Shown in pieces: positions 51,715-64,000 of a stretch of DNA of 64,000 bases. Below the pieces are notes generated by a model that worked only from the letters and a program-made list of their open reading frames with translations, had not been told where the DNA came from and made no database searches. The position numbers and the translations under genes are program-made. The stretch comes from Lytechinus pictus (lineage: Eukaryota): assembly GCF_037042905.1 (NCBI RefSeq), contig NC_087251.1, positions 28,274,001 through 28,338,000 on the forward strand, read 5' to 3'. The first letter of the stretch is position 1. The number at the start of each line of letters is the position of its first letter.

Positions 51715-54700
51715 CTGGGGGGAAAAAAAACAGATGTTTTCTCCAATAAAAGGAAAAATAATTTCTGAAGTGATGTTCATATTGTGGGGTAAGTGAAAAT
51801 GTCAGAGAGTTTTCACATTCTTTTCGTGTAAATTCAAGTGGAATAATACATGAAAGGGTCCACTGCAAAGGATTACTCTTCACATGCTCGAATGATCAAA
51901 ATGTGACCAAAAAATAGCTGAAACATTTTGGTCAAATTTGTATGCAGTCCCATAAATGTATTTCAGTGAGGTGCATGTGTGCAACAGCACTAAATGATTG
52001 AAACACTAGTTCAAAAACTCACATCTATGCATATTATGTAATTCAGTTATTTTTTTTCAAATACTGTTATCATAATAACATACAGTGTAATTTCAAAGTC
52101 CCCCCCCCAAAAAAAAAAAAAACTATATATATATCAAGATCACATTTTGTAATCATCAGCATTCATGGGAAATAGATCATAAACTTGTCAAAAATTGTGA
52201 AAATAACTGGAAACAATTAGAATAAACCCAGACAAGTGGAACTAGCTAACTCATTGTACCAGTTAAAGAATTTCTTCACCTCAGCTTTGAAAATTTACAT
52301 GGAAAGTCAGATGACTTTACAATATGACAATATGCATGAAATGAAGAGTGCATTATGTGATGTCTGTTTGTCATAAAACCCATGCCATCCTTGATGGGTT
52401 AAGCACAGAATGGTTTCAAATTTCCCATGAAAGATCATACATGCAGAAAATACGAAACATAATCATTATTTATAAACACAAATCTATGAGATATCTACAG
52501 ACAAATAAACCATTTTATTTTTCTAGGCCTGAACATCAAATCACCTGGAATTCAAATTGTCTTTTTGCCCCACAGGAACAAGGCACGATATCCTTTTCAC
52601 TTGGCTGATCATTTGCAGATACGAAGAGGGGTCGACCGCCCTTCTGATACCGTAGAACCTAAAGAATAAAAGTTCATTGAATAATTAGCATCATTCTTGT
52701 GACAAAGAAAACAGTAAGAGTAGCATTCATCTTGGCTTAGTCCCGATTTGTGGGGTGGGGGGGGGAGGTGGAAGGGGCAGAAATTGCTAACCCCCTTCCC
52801 TTCATAATAGACAGTAGTCAGTTGTACAGTCCTTCAATTCGGGGTTGCACTGAAATCAGAAAAAAAAAGTTGAAAATGCACTTGCAAGGAATATTGTTTG
52901 TAACTTTGAGGTGGACTTGACCTTTAAGTAGACAATAAAATAAATTGGAATAATTTCATTTGCTTATAACAGTCCCATGGCCTGTTGGTTGCAATCAGTA
53001 GATTTCATGCAATAAGGTCAGCAGCTCACAGTTACATGTAAATACAGATCTTTTTTGTTTCTGCAGGTGTGCATCAGGATTGAATCTTAAACTACTTGCC
53101 CCTGATTTATTAACTTGAATATATTTTACATCAAAGCAGACATACTTGATCAGGATCATGAGAAATCCTCTTCTTAAAGTTCATGAACTGTACATCATCA
53201 TCTGTCTCTTTCCTAGCCATTCTATCAAGATCCTTGGTGCTCATGTAGCCATTCTCCAGTTCTACTGCAGTTTGGACCAGACCGGCACCAACTAGTCTAA
53301 GGTCTTCATTACTAGAACCCTTCTCTATGTTCTCTTCTGCTTCTTGAGCAGCATATTCCTCACTTTCTGGTTCTGTCACAAGTTCAAACTCTGGAAAGAG
53401 GAATTTATTGTTGGCTGGGGGAGTGGCATCATGAAGACCTATCAAATCAAAAGAAATAAATGCTGTTGAGAAAGCAACACTCAGCTAAAGATTTGACCTG
53501 GTGAGCAACTAAAACTTATTTGTCTGATGGGGAAACGGAATAGTACAGCATTTGCAAATGTTTATTCAAGCAGTCTTTCACAATGCAATATTTTTCGAAA
53601 ACTGGTTTGAAATCACTTGAAAGCAGGGTTGTAATAAAAAACGTTTTTTATTAAAAAAAACAAATAAAACGTTTTTTATTGTTTTAAAACGTTTTTTTTT
53701 CCAACGAACGATGAAATTTTCTGTAAATAAATTAAACTATACACTTAATACAGTACAATTTAAGCTGCTGATGTTTTAAATTAATTTTTAGAGTAAGTAA
53801 AAGATAACTACATTTTTTGTTACTGAATTTCCAATAGAAAAGTTCATATTTTCCCCCAAATTACTAAATCATTGAAATTGAATGCAAACAAGTAAGTTGA
53901 CATTTTATAAGTTTATTCCTCATACATTTACATACATGTACATACTTTTGGGTCTCGTCAATCTAGGGGGTAAGAAGAATTCGCACAATGTAAGAAAATA
54001 ACATAATCTATAGACTATGTGCTTTCAAAGCTTAAAGGGATGGTCCGGGCTGAAAATATTTATAGCTTAATAAATAGAGTAGAATTCACTGAGCAAAATG
54101 CCGAAAAATTTCATCAAAATCGAATAACAAAAACAAAGTTATTGAATTTCAAAGTTTAGCAATATTTTGTGATAACGGTCGTCATGAATATTCATTAGAT
54201 TAGGTGGGGAGATGATGTCACGTCCCCACTTGTTCTTTTGTATTTTATTATATCAAATTAGGTTTATTCAAATTTTTTCCTCCAAGAACTAGAAAAATTG
54301 GATTGACAACTGATTTAGTGCATTAGATATTCATTGCTGCAACTTATTTCATTATAAGGGAGACATATTATTCACACAAGTATGAAATAATGAAAAAAAA
54401 TATGACTTTATGTAATAACATACGAAAAAGGAAAGTGGGGATGTGACATCATCAGCCCACCTAATGAATATTCATGACGACTGTTTTCACAAAATGTTGC
54501 TAAACTTTAAACTTCAATAACTTTCTTATTTGTTATCCGAATTTGATGAAATTTTTCGGCGTTTTGCTCAGTGAATTCTACTCTATGTATTAAGATATAA
54601 ATATTTTCAGCCCGGACCATCCTTTTAATTTGATTTTAATCAATTTTACCAATTTTAGTGCATGAAATACAAGTTTGGGTTTAAATTGATAAATAAACCC

Positions 54701-57700
54701 CCTGAACTGCTTATTTTTTTAATTGAGGAATTAAAGAATTTAATTTTGAGGAATTAAAAAATTTAAATATTTGTACAGTTTTTTGGTTAGTTTTGGTTTT
54801 TTTCAATCGTTTTTTAATGGAAATTATTGGCAATATTTTTCCAATCGTACAAATATTGATACAGATACGAATGTTGGCGAAAAATTCGCATTGGCTTTAT
54901 ACATGAAATCACGTTATTGAGCAATTCAGGGTCTGACATGCACTTGTGTAATATCATATTCGCATACCCATGCATCCCAAAAATAGTCTTGAACAATATG
55001 GCATGGCCCTGTCGTGCTTATGGATTTATCATAGAAATTTTAGGGGGCCATTACGGTCCCCTTGGACTGTTAGGGTTAAAGGTCAAGTCCACCCCAGAAA
55101 AATGTTGATTTCAATCTGTAGAGAAAATTCAAACAAGCATACATGTAATGCTGAAAGTTTCGTCGAAATCAGATATAAAATAAGTTACATGTATGACATT
55201 GTAAAGTTTCGCTTTTATTCACAAAACAGTAATAACATCTCAGTGATATGCAAATGAGAGAGTTGATGATGTCCCTCACTCACTATTTCTTTTGTTTTTA
55301 TTGTTTGAACAATACAATTTCAATTTTTTCAGATGACCTACTTGACTGAACCAAAAAATGTTAAAACAATGGTAGTTCCATATGTTCAGGGAAGAATTAA
55401 ACTTTATTTCACATGACAATGAGAAAATAATGAAATACAAAATAAATAGTGAGTGATGTCATCAGTCCCCTTCATTTGCATACCGACCAAGATGGGCATA
55501 TAACTGTTATGCAAAATTAAGCAAAACTTTATTATTTTGCATCTGATTTTGACGAAATTTTCAGCATACATTTTTCTTGGGGTGGACTTGTCTTTTAAGG
55601 TTTGCTTGCTGACTATCTTATACTGAATTTAAGTACTTTTCTTCATATTTACAAAGCGCAAAGTTTCACCTGCTTTTGTGTGTACCTCAAGAATACAATG
55701 TCAAATTTACAGTCTATTTGTAAAATATTATGCTTGTGCAACACTTCCATTTCATTCAAGTTCCATATTTGAGCTTATTTTAAAGCACAACACTCATGTT
55801 TGTTATAATGAGAATATTCTTAATATAGATTGATGTGCACAATTGAACAAGAGGATTTCAAGGAACATGACAAAGGGATGGAGAAAGGGGGATAAGGGGG
55901 GAAAGAGAAAAAGAGTGGTGTCGAGAAAGAGATCTAGTTAGAAGAAAATAATGTGCCACTTAAGAAATAAAAGTATAAAAAAATATTCATCTAAAATCAC
56001 ATCCATGACCATGCATATTTATAACACACAAGTCTATGAGGTGTTTTAAAACACGTTTTTTTGGTAAAAAAAACGGGTGTTTTAAAACGCGTTTTAAAAC
56101 ATGTTTTAAAACACACCGTTTAAAACGTGCCAACCCTGCTTGAAAGGGTAACAAAAGTAAATATCTTTCACTAAATTTCATCATCAAGTTTTACTTTGTC
56201 TGATGGCATCAGAATTGTGTCAAAATATGGACTTTCATATTTAATTCAGAATCATCAAATTGTAAGTCTTTCCACATCTTGAAACTGTTATCATACAATC
56301 TAGCCAAATTTTATGAATACCTCACTTAGTACTGTTGTCGATAGGCCTCATATTGACATTGATGTCGACATACAAAGGATTTTCAACGTTTCCGACATGT
56401 CGACATGCACGCACCCACATCGACATGTAAACATAAAATAAAAAGGGGTCTAGCCTAAAGTCACGAGTGTAAAGCTTAGCTGAAAAGTTAGAAGCATTTA
56501 TCCACAGTAATTGGCGCGATTAAAAGGTTTATTCAGCTTAGCAGCGCATTAAATGAAAAAAGAATACCTGCGAGCTGCACGGCAGCAGTAATTCGTCTGT
56601 GCGCGTGCGGGGCCGGCCTGCCCGATCGAGCCGCCCTCGATCCCGACGATCGCTCTAGCTCTAGATCTATATCTAGCGCTATAGCGAGCGTAGCGTAGTA
56701 GCATTCCGTACCCATCCACGGAAATATGTACCCATCGCTATTCACCGTGCTTGATATTACGTTGCTCCTCGAATGCATTACTTTTCACATAAACGTGAGC
56801 AGCAACGAACATGTGTTTTTGTCAAAGTCGTGACCGCCGCAATTGAGCGCTTACTTCATATCACGAAGTCACAGAAAACTTCACTTCCTTCGTTTGGAGA
56901 TCGTTGCACGGATTGCCGCGGAAGTGATACTGAAATTATTGGTCGATTTTCATTATTTTTTATTGTCAATTTGAGGAGCTTGCGTTTGCAGCACATGTGT
57001 ACCAGCGTATAATACGCAATGATCACTGTTGTAATTGGTGATTTTCAAATTGGCTCCGAGTGTTATTGGGCAATGCTTTCGAGACCGGATCGTGGTACAA
57101 AAACTTGATTCTCCAGAAAAAAATGTGGATTAATCGGTGATTTTGGAAGTGAATTCACTCTAGCTTAGTGAAAATGTTTCCCGAACTGAGCCTGTATTAT
57201 ATAGATCTAGATCTAGTGTGGGGATATCACTCGTGTCAAGGTGAATACATTTGATTGAGAGTGTTATGTTCCACGATCTAATGATTTTTTTTTATGTTAG
57301 GGAGCCTAGGCTAAATTACAGTCCCTTTTTCATGTTGACATTGTCGATGTCAGGATTAATTTTTAAGCGACATGTCGACATGGATTTTTGTTCCCGACAA
57401 CAGCACTAACCTCACTACGATGCGAAAATATCCCACATACTAAACGTGTTCAACAGGATATTTTCGCTTTTTGAGATTCATATTTATCGGCCAATACACA
57501 CATTTTTTTATCTAGCACTGCTCATGATGTTGCCGCCCTCTATACGCGTTCGTTCTTCAAAATTGGTACATTAAACTTTTTTCAATTTATGTTTGCCTAT
57601 ATCTTGCTGTTCTGAAATGGAATAAAATCTACATTCCAAGAAAAAAAAACATAACCGAAAAATAATAAGAAGAAAATGTTTCATTTTTTTTACAACAAAT

Positions 57701-59479
57701 AAACAGCTGAAACATGATTCAACAGCTATATTTTTTAATGATGGGTAAGTGAGATGATTGTCCCGATTTACCAAAGCTTCTTATAAGATATAATCTTATT
57801 AAGATTATAGACCCTCTTGAACCCTTGGCCCCGTGGGCCAGCCCCTGTAGACTACATTAGGTACTGACACTAGTTTACAAGATTTGTGTTGTAGCTGTAG
57901 ACATGTGTCCAAAAAGTCAATAGGTGAGTTGGCCTCAAATTTTCTTTAAAATTTGAGTGAACAATGTAGTTAAACTTGGCGACATCTTCACATTTTCTGG
58001 CAGCCAAGTTGATTATCTATTTATGTGACATGTTTCTAGAGCTCCTCTCAGAGACTCTCACAGTCCTATGTCAACAAAAAGACTTTAAAATGCCTGTTTT
58101 CATCCACTAGCCCACACAGAGTCACAGTACAGCCTATAGCCATAGGGATGTACATACATACATGTACATGCATTTCCAGCACACTTTATGGAGTATTTAA
58201 GCCTTATTATTCACTATTTAGGGAATTTTGAGGTAAGTTTTGAGCAATGTCTGTGATTATAATGCTAATAAAGAATATATTTAGGTAATGCTTTTTAGTA
58301 AAATGATGTTTCAATTTTATTTTGTCCTACCTGACTACGACACGAGTCTACTCATCACTTGACAGTAGAGGCGCACGGCCAATATGGGAGACTCTCTCCA
58401 ATAGGGGAGACAATCTCCCACATTGGAGACTTGCTTTGCAAAAGGACAAAAAAAACAACACCAACAAAAGCATGATTTTTTCCCCAAAATTTTTTGTCTC
58501 ACTGAGGTCAGAAGCCCATTTGTTTTGTGTGTGATTGACAACAAAAATCCTTATCAAAACAAAAGTAGACGGTGAATATTTAAAGTAGACGGTGAAAAGG
58601 GGTAATTTTTCATGAGGAATCTGCTTATCACATTTTTATTTGCCGCCAAGGTAATCCTTTTGCAGCAAATGTAAACAAAGGAAATTGGACTCCAAAATTG
58701 GAGACTGTCTCTGAAATTGGATACCCAAATTCTTTACAAAAGTCTCTGATATTGGAGATAATCTCCCACATTGGAGACAGTCTCCAATATTGGCCGTGCG
58801 CCTCTTCTGCTTGAGAAGTTGAGTGACATCATTTTCTCCAAAATATTTAAAAGTAAAAGTTTTTTTTTAAACGATAGCTAATTAACCTACCAAATTCCTT
58901 GCCACATTTTGCTTTATGACCGATTTTCCAATCCATAACTTGATGGTCTTTGCAGCAGTATACTGCCTTCTGACATTTGCCACATTTCCTGTCACCTGCA
59001 TTGCACCCGCAAACGTCACACAACAAAACATCAAACTGCTTGGGAGAAATTATGTCCTTTTCTGGAACTTGACTGTCTTCATCCGGTGGTTCATAACTGT
59101 AGAAATCATTTCTCCTCTCTAGCTGACACCGAAAGATTGCAAATGGACTTTTTTGGTCTTCCGAATTTGATGTTTGGTGACAAGTCGCTTCTCTGCAGCA
59201 GAAGACGTACAGCGTGCGGTGGAAACAGGTGCTCTGCGCCGTCGCTTCTGCGGTCGCGTCATCCTCGTCGCCGGTTGGTGGTGGGCAATATATTTGCAGT
59301 AAAAATGTCATTGTTTTGTTGCAATTGGGACAAAACAAATTTTTAGATTTCGGGACCTCCTTGAGATTCAACCATGCTGGCTTTCCACCTACTTTACTTG
59401 GGAAAAATTGACTGAGCAGACGCCACGGTGGTGATTTTTCAACGAATCCCAATTCCACGTTGTTTGTACAGGCAGCCAT
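51550..59479 (-). CDS. PDCD2: Programmed cell death protein 2 (PDCD2/Zfrp8; MYND zinc finger + PDCD2_C), 4 coding exons, 386 aa
   Basis: Join complement 59479-58891, 53438-53146, 52658-52545, 51714-51550 = 1161 nt, GT-AG, phases consistent. Motifs: VELGFVE, FPSKVGGKPAWL, CPNC..MTFLLQIY, FHRTLYVFCC, MYND CDVCG..KCGKCQKAVYCCKDHQVMDWKIGHKAKC, FLFPEFELVTEPE, DPDQVLRY, CSCGAKRQFEFQIMPQLL, IDWGTLLIYTC. Confidence 0.97.
52545..52658 (-). CDS. PDCD2: PDCD2 coding exon 3
   Basis: tag| VLRYQKGGRPLFVSANDQPSEKDIVPCSCGAKRQFEFQ |gtgatt. Confidence 0.95.
53146..53438 (-). CDS. PDCD2: PDCD2 coding exon 2
   Basis: tag| LHDATPPANNKFLFPEFELVTEPE...FMNFKKRISHDPDQ |gtatgt. Confidence 0.95.
54036..54624. mobile_element. 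Kolobok-type foldback MITE
   Basis: TTAA-AGGGATGGTCCGGGCTGAAAATAT / ATATTTTCAGCCCGGACCATCCTT-TTAA; long inverted arms. Confidence 0.85.
55080..55594. mobile_element. Kolobok-type MITE abutting the end of a piggyBac-type MITE fragment
   Basis: ...TAGGG-TTAA-AGGTCAAGTCCACCCC ... GGGGTGGACTTGTCTT-TTAA. Confidence 0.8.
56327..57408. mobile_element. Non-autonomous hAT element in PDCD2 intron 1
   Basis: TIR TAGTACTGTTGTCG / CGACAACAGCACTA; perfect 8-bp TSD ACCTCACT (56319-56326, 57409-57416); subterminal CATGTCGACATG repeats. Confidence 0.85.
58367..58805. mobile_element. MITE with ~27-bp TIR
   Basis: AGAGGCGCACGGCCAATATGGGAGACT / AGTCTCCAATATTGGCCGTGCGCCTCT; internal TTGGAGA repeats; TSD not resolved. 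Confidence 0.75.
58891..59479 (-). CDS. PDCD2: PDCD2 coding exon 1 (includes MYND finger)
   Basis: MAACTNNVELGFVE...GHKAKCGKEF; donor gtaggt at 58890. The ORF-track ATG at 59554 is also in frame, but homology begins at 59479. Confidence 0.93.
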
Positions 59480-59854
59480 GATGATCCACGTGTGTACATA
59501 ATTATTTCTATGGGTGGGGCATGGGGCTACTTGGTCGATAGATTTTATCTCCATACACCGGGCTCCGTAAGGTCAGGAATAAAAAAATCCATAACAAAGT
59601 AAGCATGGTATAAAAACTTTATTAAAAGATTCCTTATTAACAATCAGCGATAGAGTGAATGGAGGAGTATTTTGAATAGAATAAAATAAAATGTAATACT
59701 AGACTTAAATCATGTGACACAGGGGCAACTTGTTTAACGGCAACAAATCAAATAAAACTTTGGGTTTTTTGGTGTGTGTGTTTGTGTGTAGGAGGGGGGG
59801 GGGGTGGTCACTTCTTGTGCAAAGGCAATTATGATAGCATTTTTTTTATAATTC

Positions 59855-60850
59855 AATTCATTTATTTAATTCCACTAAAAATACATATATCATACAATTG
59901 TAGGAACACTTGAGCAAAGAAAGATTAAAATTATAATATTCAAGATTATACTATATAAAAATACTACATCAGTATTGGAATAGGGTGGTCATACAAAACC
60001 AAAAGGAATTGTCTAGATAACCATCCTTGCATGATAATACAATATAGAATTAGATTAAATCCATTTATAGATTATATTTAAGGTTAATTATGAATAGGTA
60101 ATGGGCATATAATTGTACAATGAAAACAAACAAGCAGAACAAAACAAAATACGAAGTCCGCACAAACCCAAACCAAAAACAGGCAGTGCAGTAAAGACAA
60201 AATAAGAATTCAATTTTCTTTAAAAAACATACACTGATTTTAGATACTTTTTTGCGATGGGGAGATTATTCAACACAACTGTGCATGATGTCTAAATGAA
60301 AATGATTCACAATTTAATAACAGCCCATAAATCATATTTATTTTTGTTTCTTGTGTTATAATCATGCACAGATGAATTTACAATTCAGCATTGATGATAA
60401 TGATTTATGAAGTCATTTATGTTTATGTTTAAAAGTAATAATGCACAGTGATAAGAATTTAGTTGAAATACAGTAAGAATATGAATTTGATAAACAATTC
60501 TTTTGACTGGGCTAATCTAGATGAGAATGAACATAATTATGCGAATAATCTTTTTTGTAACATCCTGGTAACATATATATTAGGTTCAACTTCGTGGGAT
60601 ATGTGTTAGCCCATACTACATTGCAATAAGATAATGTATAAGGTAGTATAAGAGAATTATACAGAGTAAAACTGTTTTGGGGTAAAAAGATGCTGAGTTT
60701 GTGGATTAATACCAACATTTTTGGAAATTTTGTTTGTGATATCTAAGATATGGTTTCTCCATGAAAGTTTTTCATCACTTATGACACCTAAAAATTTCAA
60801 ATGTGTTACACGTGTAATAATATGACTGTTCATTTTGATGTGTATAAATC
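59855..60850 (-). mobile_element. 5'-truncated L2/CR1-type LINE (RT C-terminus + 3' tail)
   Basis: FKFLGV..DEKLSWRNHI and LYNSLILPY.LSYCNVVWANTY, typical of the post-RT region; AATAAA/TTGAA-type tail near 59860. Confidence 0.75.
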
Positions 60851-61121
60851 TAGGGTGTGATTTATTAAAAAAAGTTGGGGGAGAACGATCATGCAGTGAT
60901 TCACTTGGGCAGCTAGTTTATGACTAGAAAAAAATACGGGGCAAGTGTAGGCCTATATTACCCTACTGAATAGCAAATTTTTACCTTGTTTTCATCGAAA
61001 CATCCAGACACAACGAATACTTGAGATATTTCATCTGGTGGCCGGAGGATGACAACCCCATCATTTTATAGGATCCTGAAAAAAATTACCCCCTCCCTCC
61101 GACGAGGGCAACCGTTATGGG

Positions 61122-63144
61122 CAGTGGCGAAGCTACGGGGGCCAAGGGGGGCACGTGCCCCCCCCCCCTGAGATTTAGTGTGCCCCCATGCAGGTGCCCT
61201 CCCCCTAAAAAAAAGTTGGCGGAGCAAAAAAAGGGGGGAGAAAAGAAGCAAAAAGGGGGAAGATAAAAGAAAATAAAAGGAGGAAGACGAGTGAATAAAT
61301 AAGGTGAGGGAAGACCTTAAAAAAATATTTTTATGTCATTATATAAAATTTTCGCTCGCGCTCGCATTTCCTGTTCGATGAGATTCATATCTTGCTCAAT
61401 ATAGGCTGATAGTATGGAGCTTAAAATATCAAGTTTCGAAGTCAATATACAAACTATATTATTTCAGCTCGAATATCGAGTTTTCATTATTTTTACTGAT
61501 TTACAAATTGATTTTTTCAAGTCAGTGCTCTGTCCGTTTTATGGTCTAAATATTAACATTTTCACCTCACGCTGCGCGGTCGCATTATCTGATTTGCCAA
61601 GTTCTAGATATTTTCTTCGTGTATTCCATAAAGTTCTCAAAATATCCCTTTTCAGATGTGATTGTCAAAACGTACTAGGCCTCAGCCAGCGCTGCCCGCT
61701 CGCATTTTGATTGGTGAGCTATATCATTTCTATTACTAGCTACTTAAAATCTCATTTTCATTACATTTTATTTTAAAAGAAAATCTTTTTGCGTTTTGCG
61801 CTCTTATCAATGTATAAAAAAATGTGTTAACCCATGCGTCCTATTCATAACTACAAAATGCTTAAAATGTCCAGTTTTCAAGCCTTGATAATCAACGAAT
61901 TCCACGCTCTCATTATTAGCATATTAGATTAATAAATAAGAAAATAACATTTTCATGAATTCCTAATGACTAAATTGGCCATTTTCAGAATGGAATATCG
62001 ACAAATTTCATCTCGCGCTAAGGAATAATAGGAAGATAGTCATAATTTTCATAAATGATGACAAAATGTCCTTAGAATGTCCCGGTCCTAGGTCAAAATA
62101 ATAATTAAAAAATAAAGCTAGCGTTTCTCGCTCGCATCATTTAGTATGATCCACATCCACTTCACTATTTTCCTATACACATTGCTTGAAATATTGCTTA
62201 AATTGGCCCTTTTTTTCAGATCGGAATATAATTTTTTCAGCTCGCGCTTCGAGCTGATATTATATAGATCTTCATGAGTAAAAAATGTATACAGAATATC
62301 CAGATTCTAGGTCTAAATCTAAAACAGGCGCTCGCATGTTTATTGATATAGGTCGCTTGTTCTTTATTTAAAACGTGCACAAATTATCCAGTTTCAGATC
62401 AAAATATCAATAATTTTCTGCTCGCGCTTCACACTCGCAATATTAATGTAAGAATATACCCAATTACCCTTCTTTTCCTTGATTTACAAATCATGAGTGT
62501 CCCGTTATTAGGTCTAAAATCTAGATTTTCTTCCGCTCGCGCTTCGCGCTCGCATCAGTTGTTTACATACTGATCCCTTTCATGATTACGAAAAGTGCTT
62601 AGAATTAATTTTTTTCAGGTCGGAATGCCAGAAATTTTCAGCTCACGCTTCGCGCTCGTATTATTTAATTGTTTAAAGATGTACGATCTTCATGGGTAGT
62701 GCAAACAGTCCTCAACAGGTCCCTTTTCGATCAGGCCAGAATGTTTATTAAAAATTTCTGCTGGCGCTTGCGGTAATTATATAGTTACATACGCATCTCG
62801 TTCAGGATTACAAACATTGCCCATATTGTTGAATTTTCAGGACAAAATGCATGAAAGTTAGACGAAAAAAATTAACTCGCGCTTCGCACTCGCACTTTTT
62901 ATATGGGACTTATAAGAGATCATTTCATATTTTTGTTGTTTTTTAAGAATAAAGCTGAGAAGTGACTGTGAGGACTATCCCTTCAAACAAAGAAAAATCA
63001 ACTTGAGCGGCCGATCGGCCCCACCCCCTATTGGCGAAAGCTGGATCCGCCCCTGTGACACATGCACACACAGAAAAAATTGTCTCCCATTAAAAGGCAA
63101 AGACCCCCAGTGCTCCCAGGGATAAAATCCTAGCTACGCCACTG
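61122..63144. mobile_element. Non-autonomous hAT-type element with internal tandem repeats
   Basis: TIR CAGTGGCGAAGCTA / TAGCTACGCCACTG; TSD GTTATGGG/GCTATGGG; many units containing TTTTCGCTCGCGCTTCGCGCTCGCAT. Confidence 0.8.
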
Positions 63145-64000
63145 GCTATGGGAAACATAATCAGCCTGGATTAGCTCTATCGAGAAAAAAAAATCTAAAA
63201 GAAGACCATGGGTTTGTAGATCGGTAGTGCAGTCTTCGATAAATAAAAACGAATCATTAGTTTATAGTTCATTCCTTTATGAATTTTAGTTTTATCACAC
63301 ATTAGAAAATCGCAACTTGATTTTTTTTAAATAGTATAATGTAACATAATAGTGCCGTCACTTATCAACAGAAATACGTTTGGTCAATTTTCATTTTCAT
63401 TTGTTCTGAATCGCGCCCCCACGCTTTGAAAAAAAAAGAACACCCTCAGATTATTCTTTAAAATAACCATGTCAATACCTTCGTTTCATTTAATTGCTCC
63501 ACTTGATAAACTCCACAATAATATTTGATCTAGGGAAAATTCAATTCAACATTTATTTTCTTCCAATGGACATTACACAGGTTACATCCAATTTTATATA
63601 ACAATGAATGTAAATGCAATACATAGGAGAAGGCGTAAAAGCCCAGAAAGCAGCAGGCGGTGCTTGTGTTGGGATACGCCTACATAAGAGTATACAACTT
63701 AACAACAAATACCAAAAGAAAAGAAAAGAAAAGGCTAAGGAAAGGTAAAGAAAGAGAGGAGAAGAAATTAGAGGGGGAGAGAAAGTAGACATGGTAGAAT
63801 AAGAAAAGCGGGCATGTCTTCCATCGCATGATACATGACCCGTTCCAGAAAAAACTCTGTTAACTAGCTACCAGCTTACATTGGCTGCGGAGCTCTGTTA
63901 CCATAGTATTAAGTTGCCATATAGGGGCCGCGGAACCGGACCGGGGAACGGTTTTGAAAGTGGGGGAGGGGGGCTGAGCCGAAAGTGGAGCCGGGCTGAC

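Larger units (their letters stand above)
53624..56138. mobile_element. 2.5-kb non-autonomous hAT element in PDCD2 intron 1 with nested MITEs
   Basis: TIR CAGGGTTG / CAACCCTG; perfect 8-bp TSD CTTGAAAG (53616-53623, 56139-56146); AAAACG/GTTTTAAAAC subterminal repeats. Confidence 0.85.

Noticed and set aside
58847..59554. 235-aa single-exon protein
   Set aside because: It is PDCD2 exon 1 reading into intron 1.
61340..62900. Regularly spaced GCTCGCGCTTCGCGCTCGC motif resembling a repeat-spacer array
   Set aside because: The intervening sequences are diverged copies of each other, and the array lies inside a TIR/TSD-bounded element; the same motif occurs at ~11560.

Overview
AT-rich, intron-containing animal DNA. 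The repeat landscape (poly-G/C hAT MITEs, TTAA-AGG MITEs, Helentron-type elements, tRNA-SINE) resembles an echinoid/sea-urchin genome; this is an inference. Two conserved protein-coding genes were reconstructed exon by exon with consistent splice phases. AIDA is on the + strand (10 coding exons, 17481-26179, 312 aa) and PDCD2 is on the - strand (4 coding exons, 59479-51550, 386 aa), arranged convergently. Most of the remaining sequence is non-autonomous transposons, many with TIRs and TSDs readable at base level, including a three-level nest at 7.3-11.3 kb. The most striking feature is a ~16 kb block (35.2-50.4 kb) directly downstream of PDCD2. It is a patchwork of short, terminus-less coding fragments from many unrelated TE families (piggyBac, CR1/L2, hAT, RecQ-like/AcademH, NOF/MULE-like, Tc1, I/Nimb-like, Kolobok-like). 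Every fragment I could orient lies on the + strand, i.e. antisense to PDCD2-direction transcription, and there is internal tandem amplification. This is the architecture of a candidate uni-strand (flamenco-like) piRNA cluster. Family assignments come from remembered motifs, not database searches.
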